Of a stretch of 56,223 nucleotides of DNA, positions 29,681 to 40,413 are shown piece after piece. Under the pieces are notes generated by a model. It saw only the letters and a list, made by a program, of their open reading frames with translations, was not told the origin of the DNA and made no database searches. The position numbers and the translations under genes are program-made. Each line of letters starts with the position of its first letter. The stretch's first letter is position 1. Source of the DNA: a virus (taxonomy: Duplodnaviria > Heunggongvirae > Uroviricota > Caudoviricetes); IMG/VR virus record IMGVR_UViG_3300011008_000036, positions 625 to 56,847 of that record; one strand, 5' to 3'.

Positions 29681-30989
29681 TAGCTATTTCATCTTTCTTT
29701 AATAATGATTCTTTCATCATTTCGATACAACGTTTATAGAATTCATCAAAGTTATCTGTATATGAATTATAAACAGCTTCTAATTCATCAAGATCTTCTT
29801 GTAATTTCTTTTTAACATCTTTTGGAGTATTCTTATCTTTAATATCTTCTTTATATTCTCTAATTAATGCTTGAATACGAGTCAATTCATGATTATGTTC
29901 ATCTTCCAATGTATATATAACCATTTCCATTATAGCTTCTTGTCTACTTCGTTCTTTACTATACCAAGATCTAATTTGTTTATATGATTCCATGTCAATC
30001 TTTTTCAATAATTTTGCTAATTCTGCACCATAACCATACATTCTTGCAAAGTTATCTGCAAATGCTTCACTAAATTCTTGTCTAGTAAATTGTTTTTTAT
30101 CCTCTTCCATTTTCTTTTTAATTTTATCAATTCTTTCTTGTACTTCAGCATCACTAATTTTTATATGGAATAAATTTTTAAATCCATTTTTAACATGTCT
30201 CCAGAATCTTCCAAATCCACCATATACTGTAACAAATAAAAGCAAATAGCAAAGAATATAAAATATTCCTGAAAATACATATATTGCTGTTTCAGTAGCA
30301 ATACCTTTCTTTTTATTTATTTTTTCCATCAATTTTCGTTCCCTATTAACAATTTTATTTTTACGATCTGTAAGATATTTACTTAATATATTTACTTGAG
30401 TATATTTAATATCCACCATAGCAGGATCAATATTATGACCCACTTCATGTAGAAGACATGCCACAAATTCTCCTGGAGTAAGTTCCATTATCGCAACATT
30501 TGTTAATGTTATAAATAATGATATTGAATGTGTTGAATCATAAAATCCTTTATCCGTAACCAATCCATCAATAGGATATCTATCATTCATTACAGTATAT
30601 GCATTAATAAAATCATAATAAAATTTTTTATCTTTACTATAATACTCATCTTTTATAGGAGCAATTTCAACACTTCTAAACCCAAATACTTTCTTTAATT
30701 CATCTTCTAACTTTTTAAATGATAACGATTTATAAAATTTTTCCCAATCATAATTAGATTTGGATTGTTGGGATTTTTCACCATTTTCATCTTCAACAAG
30801 TCCTAATTGATCAAACAATTCTTTTCGAATATCAGCAACACATTTTTCAATAGGTTTAACTTTTTCTTTTCCATGCACAAATACAGCTTCTTGATAATAT
30901 GCATCATAAATACTTGTACCTAAACTTTCAATATTACAGGATTCATAAATTTCACATTCTTTGTCACTCATTATTTGAATTACGCTCAT
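29646..30989 (-). CDS. HExxH metallopeptidase-like protein, probably virion-associated
   Basis: LLHEVGH followed by EAFADNFARMYGYG; one hydrophobic segment. Confidence 0.6.
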   Translation of the reverse strand: MSVIQIMSDKECEIYESCNIESLGTSIYDAYYQEAVFVHGKEKVKPIEKCVADIRKELFDQLGLVEDENGEKSQQSKSNYDWEKFYKSLSFKKLEDELKKVFGFRSVEIAPIKDEYYSKDKKFYYDFINAYTVMNDRYPIDGLVTDKGFYDSTHSISLFITLTNVAIMELTPGEFVACLLHEVGHNIDPAMVDIKYTQVNILSKYLTDRKNKIVNRERKLMEKINKKKGIATETAIYVFSGIFYILCYLLLFVTVYGGFGRFWRHVKNGFKNLFHIKISDAEVQERIDKIKKKMEEDKKQFTRQEFSEAFADNFARMYGYGAELAKLLKKIDMESYKQIRSWYSKERSRQEAIMEMVIYTLEDEHNHELTRIQALIREYKEDIKDKNTPKDVKKKLQEDLDELEAVYNSYTDNFDEFYKRCIEMMKESLLKKDEIANAEKENNKKNK

Positions 30990-31078
30990 TTGGTATCAAT
31001 CTCCTTTATAAAAAAATATACGTAATTAAACATAATACCATAAATTTGTTAATTAAAGAAAGGTAGGAAATTATAATT

Positions 31079-31942
31079 ATGGAATTACAAGAAACCTTTA
31101 ATAATATTAGAACACAATATTCCGAACAACTCGGAAGTTTACAAAAATCAGTTATTGCTGGAATTTGTTCATTCATATATCCAATATACTTATCAAATAT
31201 TATTCAAAAACCTCAAAAGGAAGGTATCAAAATACTAGTACCTTCATTGAAAAAAGTTCAAACATTTTTAGCCAAGAATAGCAATTTTATACAAATGATA
31301 TCAAAGAAATTAATTGATGATATTGTTAATAATAATAGTATTATGTTATGTATAGACTATCCTGAACTTTCTCTATTTGATCCGAAAAAAGTTAATATAG
31401 ATGTTTTAAAAGTGATATTTGATATGAATATAATAGAAACGATTCCAGAAGTTATCATTAGAATTTTAGCTGAGAATTTTAAATTATATGATAAGAATCA
31501 AAAGTCTATAATTGAAAATAATGAAACGGAATGTTTAAATGAAGATTTACTAAATAATGAAGCATTATTAACTAAGGCATATACATTTATATTAGAACAG
31601 ATTGTTTATCATTTAATAATTGACAGTAAATCTTTCTTAACGGATAAAAATACAAATATTGAATTCAAAGAAAAAAATACTAATATTATTTTGGATAAAA
31701 ATTATTTAGTGGCTATTCGTAATAAAAATATGCCATGTGATATTTATTTTTCACCTCTCACATATATTTCAGAATTTTATGATAAAATTTCATGGGTAAC
31801 GAACACAACAATTACAACTCAACATACTGATGATGAATCAAATGATAAAATTATTTTAAATACTGGAGTATTTAATCAAGTTTATGTTTTCAAAAATAGT
31901 GATAGTATATTTTTCAATGATATATTCTCAAGAAGTATATAA
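31079..31942 (+). CDS. Hypothetical protein (287 aa)
   Basis: Long ORF with SD. Confidence 0.75.
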   Translation: MELQETFNNIRTQYSEQLGSLQKSVIAGICSFIYPIYLSNIIQKPQKEGIKILVPSLKKVQTFLAKNSNFIQMISKKLIDDIVNNNSIMLCIDYPELSLFDPKKVNIDVLKVIFDMNIIETIPEVIIRILAENFKLYDKNQKSIIENNETECLNEDLLNNEALLTKAYTFILEQIVYHLIIDSKSFLTDKNTNIEFKEKNTNIILDKNYLVAIRNKNMPCDIYFSPLTYISEFYDKISWVTNTTITTQHTDDESNDKIILNTGVFNQVYVFKNSDSIFFNDIFSRSI

Positions 31943-32009
31943 AGAAAAAATGGCATTAAATTTTAATGCCATTTTTAATTATATATTATATCGATAATAT
32001 AGATTTGAG

Positions 32010-34088
32010 GTGAATTTATTGTCAAGTATATTAGATGATTATTTGAATAATGCGTTAAATATTCTATCCAAAATTTATCCAACGAAAAGTAAAAAAGAAT
32101 TAAGAGAACTAATTACTCCAATTTTAAATATTCGATTAAAGAATCCTAGTGTAAATTTGGATAATAATGTAATTGAAGAAAACAAAGATACAACTTTAGT
32201 TGATTTGTGTAATTGGATTGAATCGGAATTACCTGTTGTTTCTGGAAATGCTACTTTCTATATGCAACCAAGTGTTCAAGCTTCTCCAACTTCAACTATG
32301 TTGAATGCTATGAAAATCAATAGAAAGAAAGTTAAAGATGAAATGTTCAAATATGCATCTGGTTCAGATGAAGCAATAGCGAAAGAACTTGAACAGAAAA
32401 ATCTTAAAGTTATTCTCAATGCTGACTATGGTGGATCAGGAAATGAAACAGCAGCGTTCTATAACGAATATGGCCCACCAGCGACAACACTGATGGCACA
32501 ATCATTAATCACAATAACAGCAGCATTTTTTGAATCTTATGTGGGAGACAATCAAGTATTCTTTTCAAATAATGAATGTTTTGATTGGATTAATACAGTA
32601 ATTTTAAAAGACATGAGAATTCCAACATGGATGAAAGTTCCAACTTCAGAAGAAGTTTATAGACGAATAGCTAGTCATAATAATTTACCATCTATTAGAT
32701 TTTGTAAAGTATTGAAACAACTAATTTCTAGTTATAATAAAGATGAACTTTGTTATTTATACTATGCAAATAATATAAGAGATTTTGTTACCAATCATCC
32801 ATATATTCAAAATTTATTAAGAAATGTTTTAACAAAATTACCAATATATGAAGTTTCTGAAACAGAAGTTCCTAGTGAATTTAAAGATAAATTTAATAAT
32901 TCTGGAGAAGAATTAAAAGATTATAATAATTGGGTATGTGAAGAAATATTTATGAATCCATATAAAATTCCAAAAATAATAAAAGATGATATAGAAGAAT
33001 TAATTGCATTATTCACACAATTTATTTATGTTGATTATTTAACTCCAGATTCCATAATGAAAATGAATAATCACAAACGTAATACAGATATATTATCTGA
33101 TACTGATTCCGTTGTTGTGTATATTGATAATTTTATTTCACTTATATTAGATGAAATATTTCCCGATTGTACATTCAATCGAAAGAAGATGTACACTGAA
33201 TTTATCTTGGGAAATACACTAACAACATTCTTTTCCGAAGGACTTAAAAGATTATTAGATTATTATGGACGAGCTCATAATATGGATGATGAGAGTAGAA
33301 AACAATTAGCAATGAAAAATGAATTATACTTTAGAGTATTATTCTTAATGAAAGTTAAGAAACGATACGTTGCATCCATAGCTTTACGTGAAGGACATGT
33401 AATGTTACCATTTAAGATTGAAATAAAAGGTATGGATTTCATAAAGTCAGGAGTAACTGAACTAGTTTCCAACAGATTCACAAAAATTCTGAAAGATAAT
33501 ATTCTGTATCCAGATGAAATTGATATTCATGGTATGAATCGGGATCTTAAATTATTTGAACAAGAAATAATTAATGATCTTAAATCCGGTGGAACACAAT
33601 ATCTATCAACGACAACGTTTCAAGATGATAATGGTAAATATAAAGAAGTGGTAACAAAGGATGAAGGCAACAGAAGTTCGGCTTGGGGACAACCAGGATA
33701 CGTTGGAACGATTAATTGGAATGAGATCAATACAGATAATAAAATTCATTCATTGGATCGAGTTTATATTATTAAATTAATTTCGAAAGAAGAAGATGCG
33801 ATTGAACGAATTAAAAATAAATATCCAGATAAATATAAAATTATCAAGGATAAAATATTTAATTCAGAAAATAAATTAATTCGTAATCGAGGTCTGCGAT
33901 ATATTTGTATTCCGTTTGGATTGGAAAAAATTCCCGAATGGATCAGACCATTAATTGATTATGATATTATTGTATCTGATACAATAGCCTCATTTAATTC
34001 TGTATTGGAGGTTTTAGAAATGGAAAATTTTGATTTTAAAACACCAAATGGAACAGCAAATAAAATTAGTTGTTTGGTATCATTATAA
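32010..34088 (+). CDS. polB: Family B DNA polymerase, C-terminal piece (split PolB)
   Basis: KVILNADYG (region III), SDTDS (region I), KKRY, KGMDFIK; motif A and the exonuclease domain not seen. Confidence 0.8.
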   Translation: MNLLSSILDDYLNNALNILSKIYPTKSKKELRELITPILNIRLKNPSVNLDNNVIEENKDTTLVDLCNWIESELPVVSGNATFYMQPSVQASPTSTMLNAMKINRKKVKDEMFKYASGSDEAIAKELEQKNLKVILNADYGGSGNETAAFYNEYGPPATTLMAQSLITITAAFFESYVGDNQVFFSNNECFDWINTVILKDMRIPTWMKVPTSEEVYRRIASHNNLPSIRFCKVLKQLISSYNKDELCYLYYANNIRDFVTNHPYIQNLLRNVLTKLPIYEVSETEVPSEFKDKFNNSGEELKDYNNWVCEEIFMNPYKIPKIIKDDIEELIALFTQFIYVDYLTPDSIMKMNNHKRNTDILSDTDSVVVYIDNFISLILDEIFPDCTFNRKKMYTEFILGNTLTTFFSEGLKRLLDYYGRAHNMDDESRKQLAMKNELYFRVLFLMKVKKRYVASIALREGHVMLPFKIEIKGMDFIKSGVTELVSNRFTKILKDNILYPDEIDIHGMNRDLKLFEQEIINDLKSGGTQYLSTTTFQDDNGKYKEVVTKDEGNRSSAWGQPGYVGTINWNEINTDNKIHSLDRVYIIKLISKEEDAIERIKNKYPDKYKIIKDKIFNSENKLIRNRGLRYICIPFGLEKIPEWIRPLIDYDIIVSDTIASFNSVLEVLEMENFDFKTPNGTANKISCLVSL

Positions 34089-34115
34089 TCTTGGAGAGGA
34101 GGTATTAAGTTATAA

Positions 34116-34862
34116 ATGGATAAATTATCATTACAAGAAAATGAGAATTTTCAATCTTATGAAGATGATGATGAAGATTACTTGCTCGGATTTCAAGATG
34201 TCATGTATGAAAGATGTTTTGTTGGTAAGGTTCCATTTAAAACAATTTTGGAATCATTGGAAAATCAATTTAATGATTATATCAATTTAGATGATAAGAC
34301 AAATTACGTTGATATATTTTATTCTCAGCTAGAAGCATCATATAAATATATTGAGGATGATATTGGTACAGATGTCGAAGATTATAAAAATATATTGGAT
34401 AGAATTCGTCAAGAATTTTATGATTTTATATCCCAACAATTTCAACAACGTTTATTAGTAACAATTTCAGAATTAGATAATGATGCGATTGATAAAGATA
34501 AAGCCGATTACATTATTAGAAAAATTTATAAATATTTTATATTGGATGCTCGACAAAATTTCTTTAAATTTATAACAACGGATATATTATCGAAAGTAAA
34601 AACAGTTAGATTGGATGATGATAATTTTCAACAATTGGTTGAAACATTACTAGCAGAATATTCGCCAATGATAAGACCAGTTGGTCCGTTGGAATTTTTA
34701 AGATCAACTAATGGTGAAGATATTGCAGAACTTTTAGAAAATAATGAAATCAGTGGAAATTATTTAAAGAAATATTCATGTAAATTATATAGAAACGAAG
34801 ATTTTGAAGTTGAAATAATAAATGAAATTATCATGAAACAAGACAATGCGGAGGAAGAATAA
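34116..34862 (+). CDS. Acidic hypothetical protein
   Basis: 248-aa ORF in the replication/transcription operon. Confidence 0.75.
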   Translation: MDKLSLQENENFQSYEDDDEDYLLGFQDVMYERCFVGKVPFKTILESLENQFNDYINLDDKTNYVDIFYSQLEASYKYIEDDIGTDVEDYKNILDRIRQEFYDFISQQFQQRLLVTISELDNDAIDKDKADYIIRKIYKYFILDARQNFFKFITTDILSKVKTVRLDDDNFQQLVETLLAEYSPMIRPVGPLEFLRSTNGEDIAELLENNEISGNYLKKYSCKLYRNEDFEVEIINEIIMKQDNAEEE

Positions 34863-34864
34863 TT

Positions 34865-35506
34865 ATGCCAACAAATAAAGGAATCAGTACACAAATACGT
34901 AATTTTTATAATGATGGACATTCATATATGAATGTCCGATATTATAACACAAATTTATCATTCCAAATATTTCCATATGCTGGTAATGATGAAAACAATA
35001 AACCAATTTACGATATGAAATCATCACTGACAACAACAGTTGGATTTGAGAATGCATTTGCCATGTATAAAACATGCCAAGATATCATTGAAGAAAGAAT
35101 TCAAGAAGTTTCGTTAACAGTTCCATGTATGGCTGGAGCTTCTATATTATTTGAACGGAAATTGAGCCAATCAAATATTTACGAAACAACGATATCGATT
35201 AAAAAGAATGATAAAGTAGTGACATTTAAATTTGCTACAACTACAGAACAAGTTAAAGAAAATGGTGTTCCATCAACAAAATTAATTGAATCAGGTATTG
35301 GAGCATTTATGATGACTCTTGCAGGTTACCTAGTATCGATAAATGCTGGGCATCATCTGGATAAAGTAATGGCAGAATATGAACGGAAACAAAACGAATT
35401 ACAAGCAAATGGTAACAATGCATTTAGAAATGATAACTACAATAAGCAATCTTATCAGAATAATAGTTACAAACAACAAGATTTTTTATCATTTAATCCA
35501 ATGTAA
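34865..35506 (+). CDS. Hypothetical protein, possible ssDNA-binding protein
   Basis: Beta-rich core with a low-complexity N/Q-rich tail; function is inference only. Confidence 0.4.
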   Translation: MPTNKGISTQIRNFYNDGHSYMNVRYYNTNLSFQIFPYAGNDENNKPIYDMKSSLTTTVGFENAFAMYKTCQDIIEERIQEVSLTVPCMAGASILFERKLSQSNIYETTISIKKNDKVVTFKFATTTEQVKENGVPSTKLIESGIGAFMMTLAGYLVSINAGHHLDKVMAEYERKQNELQANGNNAFRNDNYNKQSYQNNSYKQQDFLSFNPM

Positions 35507-35534
35507 TATTATATTATGAGAGGTAGATATTATT

Positions 35535-36026
35535 ATGAATAATGATTTTATAATTGATATTCCAATTTATAAACCAGGAGAGGTAATGAAATCAGGTACA
35601 ACATATAATCCAGAATGTTATCAAAGTATGTTGAATGATGATAAAAATGTAAAATCATTAATTACAGAAAAAAGACTGGTATTGATTAAAGAACTTACTC
35701 CAGAAATATTAGCCAAAGAAAAAGAATTTGATCAATTATTTCAAGAATGTTTACAAACAGAATTTTTCAGTACTAATGTAAAATCAGAAGTTGAAAAATT
35801 AGTATCATTAGTAAATCAGAATGCTATTGGTATTGTTTTAGAATGGAATATTGGCAGCATTAAAGTTCAATGTAATAATGAAGAAATCTATAATTATATT
35901 AAAGAAATAATTACAGATGATTCATATAAAGCAAAACATATGGTAATTATTACAGGTTCACCAATTAAAATTAATAATATAGAAAATAAATTAATTGTGT
36001 ATTTATTTGGTTTTACATTATTTTAA
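35535..36026 (+). CDS. Hypothetical protein
   Basis: 163-aa ORF with SD GAGG. Confidence 0.7.
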   Translation: MNNDFIIDIPIYKPGEVMKSGTTYNPECYQSMLNDDKNVKSLITEKRLVLIKELTPEILAKEKEFDQLFQECLQTEFFSTNVKSEVEKLVSLVNQNAIGIVLEWNIGSIKVQCNNEEIYNYIKEIITDDSYKAKHMVIITGSPIKINNIENKLIVYLFGFTLF

Positions 36027-36120
36027 AATAAGCAAAAAATCATAAGAATAATAAAGATTAGAAAATATTTTCTAATCTTTATTATTTATTTTATCCATCA
36101 TTAGAGGTGATTATTTTCAC

Positions 36121-36870
36121 ATGTCAGATTTTTCATCAAAACCATTTGATACACGTAAACTATTCTCGGGAGGAGGAGGACTTTTTATCCAATTCCAAGA
36201 TGTCGTTACACCAATATATTTATTTGCGATTATAAAATTATTATTAACAGATGCATCATTAGGTTTACCAATATCGATTATAAAAGATATGTCGATATTA
36301 TCACTAGCAGAATGGTATATAAAACGATCAAATATTAATCCTATTCAAGAATTAGATTATAAGCATCAACTATCATCACAAGATGCAAATACATTATTGT
36401 ATAAAATTTTAGAAGACAGATCAATTTATGATCATTCTCCAGTATTTAATGTTGGATTAATGTTTGATGTCTATAAACATAAGAAGATGAATATACCAAT
36501 TTATATTTATTCCGAGTATAATGATCCACACATTGAGTATTTTGGTCGTAAACATTTCCCCGATATTTCATTTAAATACATATATGATGACTTATCATCA
36601 GCAATTAAAAAATGTAATGATAATTTTACATATATATTTTCAAATATAGAATTTTTTAAACAAGCATGTGAATTATTAAAAGGATCATATGCAAACATTC
36701 TGTTAGCTCAGGAATATAAATATAATTATATTGATAATTGTGTTACAACAAAATATCCCCTAGAAGAACTTATGTTCAATAATCCATTTATACTTACAGG
36801 AATTACTCGTGTGATTAATGTTAAAACGTTAGCAAATTCTTTACAAATTTTAAAATTGAAAGGAAGATAA
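36121..36870 (+). CDS. Hypothetical protein
   Basis: 249-aa ORF coupled to the next gene. Confidence 0.75.
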   Translation: MSDFSSKPFDTRKLFSGGGGLFIQFQDVVTPIYLFAIIKLLLTDASLGLPISIIKDMSILSLAEWYIKRSNINPIQELDYKHQLSSQDANTLLYKILEDRSIYDHSPVFNVGLMFDVYKHKKMNIPIYIYSEYNDPHIEYFGRKHFPDISFKYIYDDLSSAIKKCNDNFTYIFSNIEFFKQACELLKGSYANILLAQEYKYNYIDNCVTTKYPLEELMFNNPFILTGITRVINVKTLANSLQILKLKGR

Positions 36871-36871
36871 T

Positions 36872-37696
36872 ATGTTACAGCTTAACGCAGTTAGACATAC
36901 TGATGAACCACAAAAACCAATTAAAAGACATCCCTACAAGAAACATTCATTTCCAAATGGAAAATCTTCGTATTGGATTAAATTTAAATTAAATCCAGAA
37001 GATGCAAAGTTTTGTTCACTCCCCAAAACAATGATTGTGAAATTTGATAAAGAATTAAATATTAAGAATAATGAAAACATTTCATCATTGAATGAATTTC
37101 GTGTTACAAAAGTATCATATTCAACATTTTTACCAAAAATGTGTGAAGAATTAAATTTCTTTGAAGTATTATATGATAAAGAAGGAGAACTAATTGCTTC
37201 ATTATTTAGAGTAAAATATTTGATTGATATTGATAATACGACATACACAATTAAAAATTTTGATGCTTTCAAGGATATGGTCTATAAGACAATATTTACT
37301 CCTTCACTAAAAGAAAAAATCTTATTAATGGTAGAAGAAAATTATACAGACGATATTGAAGCAGAAAATTTACGTAATATGTCGAATGTTGAAATGTTAT
37401 CCATAATGCAAAGAAAAAAGAAATCATTAGAATTTTTAAATGTTCATGTAAAAGCAATGTTAGCTATTTCATTTGCAATAAAAATATTATCATTTATAAT
37501 AAATCATTTTTGTGTCATGAGATCAGTTAATATCCAAAAAAATAGAGACTTATTTTATAGAATGTATTATGATGCATTCTACATATATGACTTTGAATTT
37601 GATGTCTATAACAAATTATGGGCATACGTTGAGAACAAAGTGAACAGTAACTATAGTTTCAATCGGCGTATTTTTATTCAGCAATTAATTGAAGGT
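36872..37696 (+). CDS. Exon 1 of a 576-aa helical protein (candidate sigma-like nvRNAP subunit)
   Basis: Ends IEG at the P1 U.G site; in frame with exon 2. Confidence 0.7.
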
Positions 37697-39295
37697 AGGA
37701 CACTGGACAGTTGGTCATTGCCTTCTCTTTCTTAATTGCGGGAACATCTTGTAAAGCTAACATTACCAAACTATCATAGTGATATAGATAGTGGATGAAG
37801 TAATTAATCATGTATGGTAAAAAGATGTTAGATAAAGAAAATCCGCAGCTAAATAACTGATTAAATTTTCAATGATATATTCTTTATGTAAGAAATAACT
37901 TCAATGTTATTTAAAATTTTACATAAAGAAAGGTTGACATAATATGTCTAAATGTACTGAAATACTTACAATTACTTGTGAAAATCCTGAATGTGGTGCA
38001 GAGTTTGAAATCCTTAAGAAAACATACAATAATAGAAAATATGGTAAAATACCAATGTATTGTAAAGATTGTATGAAAAAATACAGAAATGCTTGTCAGA
38101 GTGAAACACTTAGAGAAATGTACCAAAATAGAACACCTGAACAAAAAGCAACAATATCTGAAAAATTGAGTAAAGCAGCATACAAGAGATATGAAAATCC
38201 TGAAGAACATGAAAAAAGTAGTAAAGCAGCATACAAGAGATATGAAAATCCTGAAGAACATGAAAAAACAAGTTCTGCTGTTAAATTAGGTCAAGCAAAT
38301 ATGAGTGAAGAAGATAAACAAAGAATGCGTGAAAATCAAGTTAAAGGTATAATAGAAACTTGGGACAATAGAGGTGCTGAAGAACGAAAACTTCATGGAG
38401 AAAAAGTTAAAGCTGGACATGACAGAATGACTCCTGAACAAAAACTAAGAACATCTATGAATATACGTAATGCTCAAATTGAACGATTTCGAAAATTATC
38501 TTTTGATGATAAACTTCAATTTGATTTAAATATTGCATTGAAAACAAATGAATTGTGTGGTCTTCCTCCATTGAAATTTGATTCTCCAATTGAAAAAGAT
38601 TTCTACTGGTATATGATGAATAAAAATATTGATATAGGATATCATTTTTATAATACTACAATACATCCTGAATTTTATAATATATTTAAAGATAATCCAT
38701 ATAGCAAATATAATTATTCATCACCATTTCATGAGTGGGATTTTAAGATATTTACATATAAAACTCCAATACTAGTAGATATTGATGGTGGATTTCATGA
38801 TCCGTCTAGAAATAAATACAATCTTCCAAATATGTATAAAACTGAAGATAATGAATTAATAACTATGAATTGTTATTATGATTTGCGACGACCATATCAA
38901 ACTGATGGATATCCTGCATATGCTGTTTTATGTTACGAAGGATTTTTTGATGGATTTAACAAAGTAATTGATATTAATAATTCTAATAAACCAATGAATT
39001 TTATGGATTTTCTACAAATAATTGCCGAATATATGGATCCAAAATATTTAGACAAAGAATAATTTAATCAGTTACAAGTTCAACGACTATCGACCAACTA
39101 TATTAAATATAGTCAGTAGAGTAGTTTCCAAGCTAATGGGTTATATAATATTGGAAGTATTATATATAAAACGAAATGGAAAGACTTAATATATTTATAT
39201 AAATATATTAGGAAGATATAGTCTCATCTTTATAGAAATATAAAGAAGTTCGTAAGAGAACTGCATATATGTTGCGAATATATGTGAAGATAATG
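37697..39295 (+). mobile_element. Group I intron with endonuclease ORF
   Basis: P1 GAAGGU/GCCUUC; P 37734-37743, Q 37840-37849, R 39078-39090, S from 39213; terminal G at 39295; junction IEG|KDKSVII. Confidence 0.88.
37944..39062 (+). CDS. Intron-encoded Zn-ribbon + EDxHD-like endonuclease
   Basis: CENPEC...CKDC; SPFHEWDFKI...LVDIDGGFH; in-frame 17-aa tandem repeat. Confidence 0.82.
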   Translation: MSKCTEILTITCENPECGAEFEILKKTYNNRKYGKIPMYCKDCMKKYRNACQSETLREMYQNRTPEQKATISEKLSKAAYKRYENPEEHEKSSKAAYKRYENPEEHEKTSSAVKLGQANMSEEDKQRMRENQVKGIIETWDNRGAEERKLHGEKVKAGHDRMTPEQKLRTSMNIRNAQIERFRKLSFDDKLQFDLNIALKTNELCGLPPLKFDSPIEKDFYWYMMNKNIDIGYHFYNTTIHPEFYNIFKDNPYSKYNYSSPFHEWDFKIFTYKTPILVDIDGGFHDPSRNKYNLPNMYKTEDNELITMNCYYDLRRPYQTDGYPAYAVLCYEGFFDGFNKVIDINNSNKPMNFMDFLQIIAEYMDPKYLDKE

Positions 39296-40201
39296 AAAGA
39301 TAAAAGTGTTATTATAAATCAATTGATGACAAACAATTTGATTGTGGATAATTTCATTAAATTTTGTCAAGCACGTACCTGGGATAATAATAAGGACCAT
39401 CCTAAAGAAAGAGTACTATCCTTTATTTGTAGTATTGTCAATACACATATAAAGATATTTGTAATGCAAGTTTTCAGACGAAATTTAATTGAAACATCAC
39501 TGGCTCCTGATGCAGATGGTAATAGAAAAAATGATCGATATCGTGCATCAAAAATGAAATTAAATGAAGAATATGTTTTCACGTGTTCATTGGATATTCA
39601 TAATTTAGTTGATAAATTATTTAAACGATATGAGAATGAAATTACTCCAGAAGAAATTGATTATTATCGTAAAAATTTAAAACCAAATAGATTACAACAA
39701 TTAATGATTGAAATCTATTTCTTCAATAATACTTTAAGTAGTCAAGAATTTGGATTATTACGAAATCTTGATTGGTATAAATTATTATTAGTAATGAAAC
39801 ATGATCTTATGAGAAGATTTTCAGTAACCAATGAAACTATTCTTGATTCCACATTATGCTTAATATTAACTTCTAATATTGAAGAAAATCCTGTTGGAGA
39901 AAAAATCTATTTAAAAGATACTAAATATTTGAAAGATGATCCTGATTACAATAAATTGGTAAAGTTGTACTATAGTACAATTATTGATATGAATGATGAC
40001 TTGCTGAAAAAATTTTTAATTACATTTGCAAATTCAAAGTATTCATTTGTATTATATGAAGAGCCAGATTTACTTGGGCAGGAAATTGCTATAAATAAAC
40101 ATGCATTGATTTCTGATTTGCTAAATTTCTTAATATTGGCAAACGTTAATATATTCAATGATGATAATGAGGAGGAATATTCCAACAATGAGGAATGGTA
40201 A
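39296..40201 (+). CDS. Exon 2 of the 576-aa protein
   Basis: Continues the frame after the terminal G; the ORF-track start at 39269 lies inside the intron P9 module. Confidence 0.75.
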   Translation, partial: KDKSVIINQLMTNNLIVDNFIKFCQARTWDNNKDHPKERVLSFICSIVNTHIKIFVMQVFRRNLIETSLAPDADGNRKNDRYRASKMKLNEEYVFTCSLDIHNLVDKLFKRYENEITPEEIDYYRKNLKPNRLQQLMIEIYFFNNTLSSQEFGLLRNLDWYKLLLVMKHDLMRRFSVTNETILDSTLCLILTSNIEENPVGEKIYLKDTKYLKDDPDYNKLVKLYYSTIIDMNDDLLKKFLITFANSKYSFVLYEEPDLLGQEIAINKHALISDLLNFLILANVNIFNDDNEEEYSNNEEW

Positions 40202-40391
40202 GAAATTAACTATTCAACAATGTAAAGTTTTGAAAAGAAATAAAATCATTGACTATGCTAATTGGTTATATTTAAAAACAGAAGTTGTTGATAATGAAGG
40301 AAACAAATGTGCATCACGATTTCGTGATAAAGAAACTTATCTAATCATACGTAATAAAAATACAAATGAAGAAAGACGTTGTTTGTGTTAA
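40188..40391 (+). CDS. Small hypothetical protein
   Basis: SD GAGGAGG upstream of ATG 40188. Confidence 0.55.
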   Translation: MRNGKKLTIQQCKVLKRNKIIDYANWLYLKTEVVDNEGNKCASRFRDKETYLIIRNKNTNEERRCLC

Positions 40392-40413
40392 ATAGAAAGG
40401 AATTAATGATATT

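Noticed and set aside
36872-40201. Chimallin (nuclear shell protein), suggested by its position between PolB and the beta-prime gene
   Set aside because: No chimallin-like sequence recognised and the protein looks mostly helical; the sigma-like call is preferred. A structure search is needed to close this.
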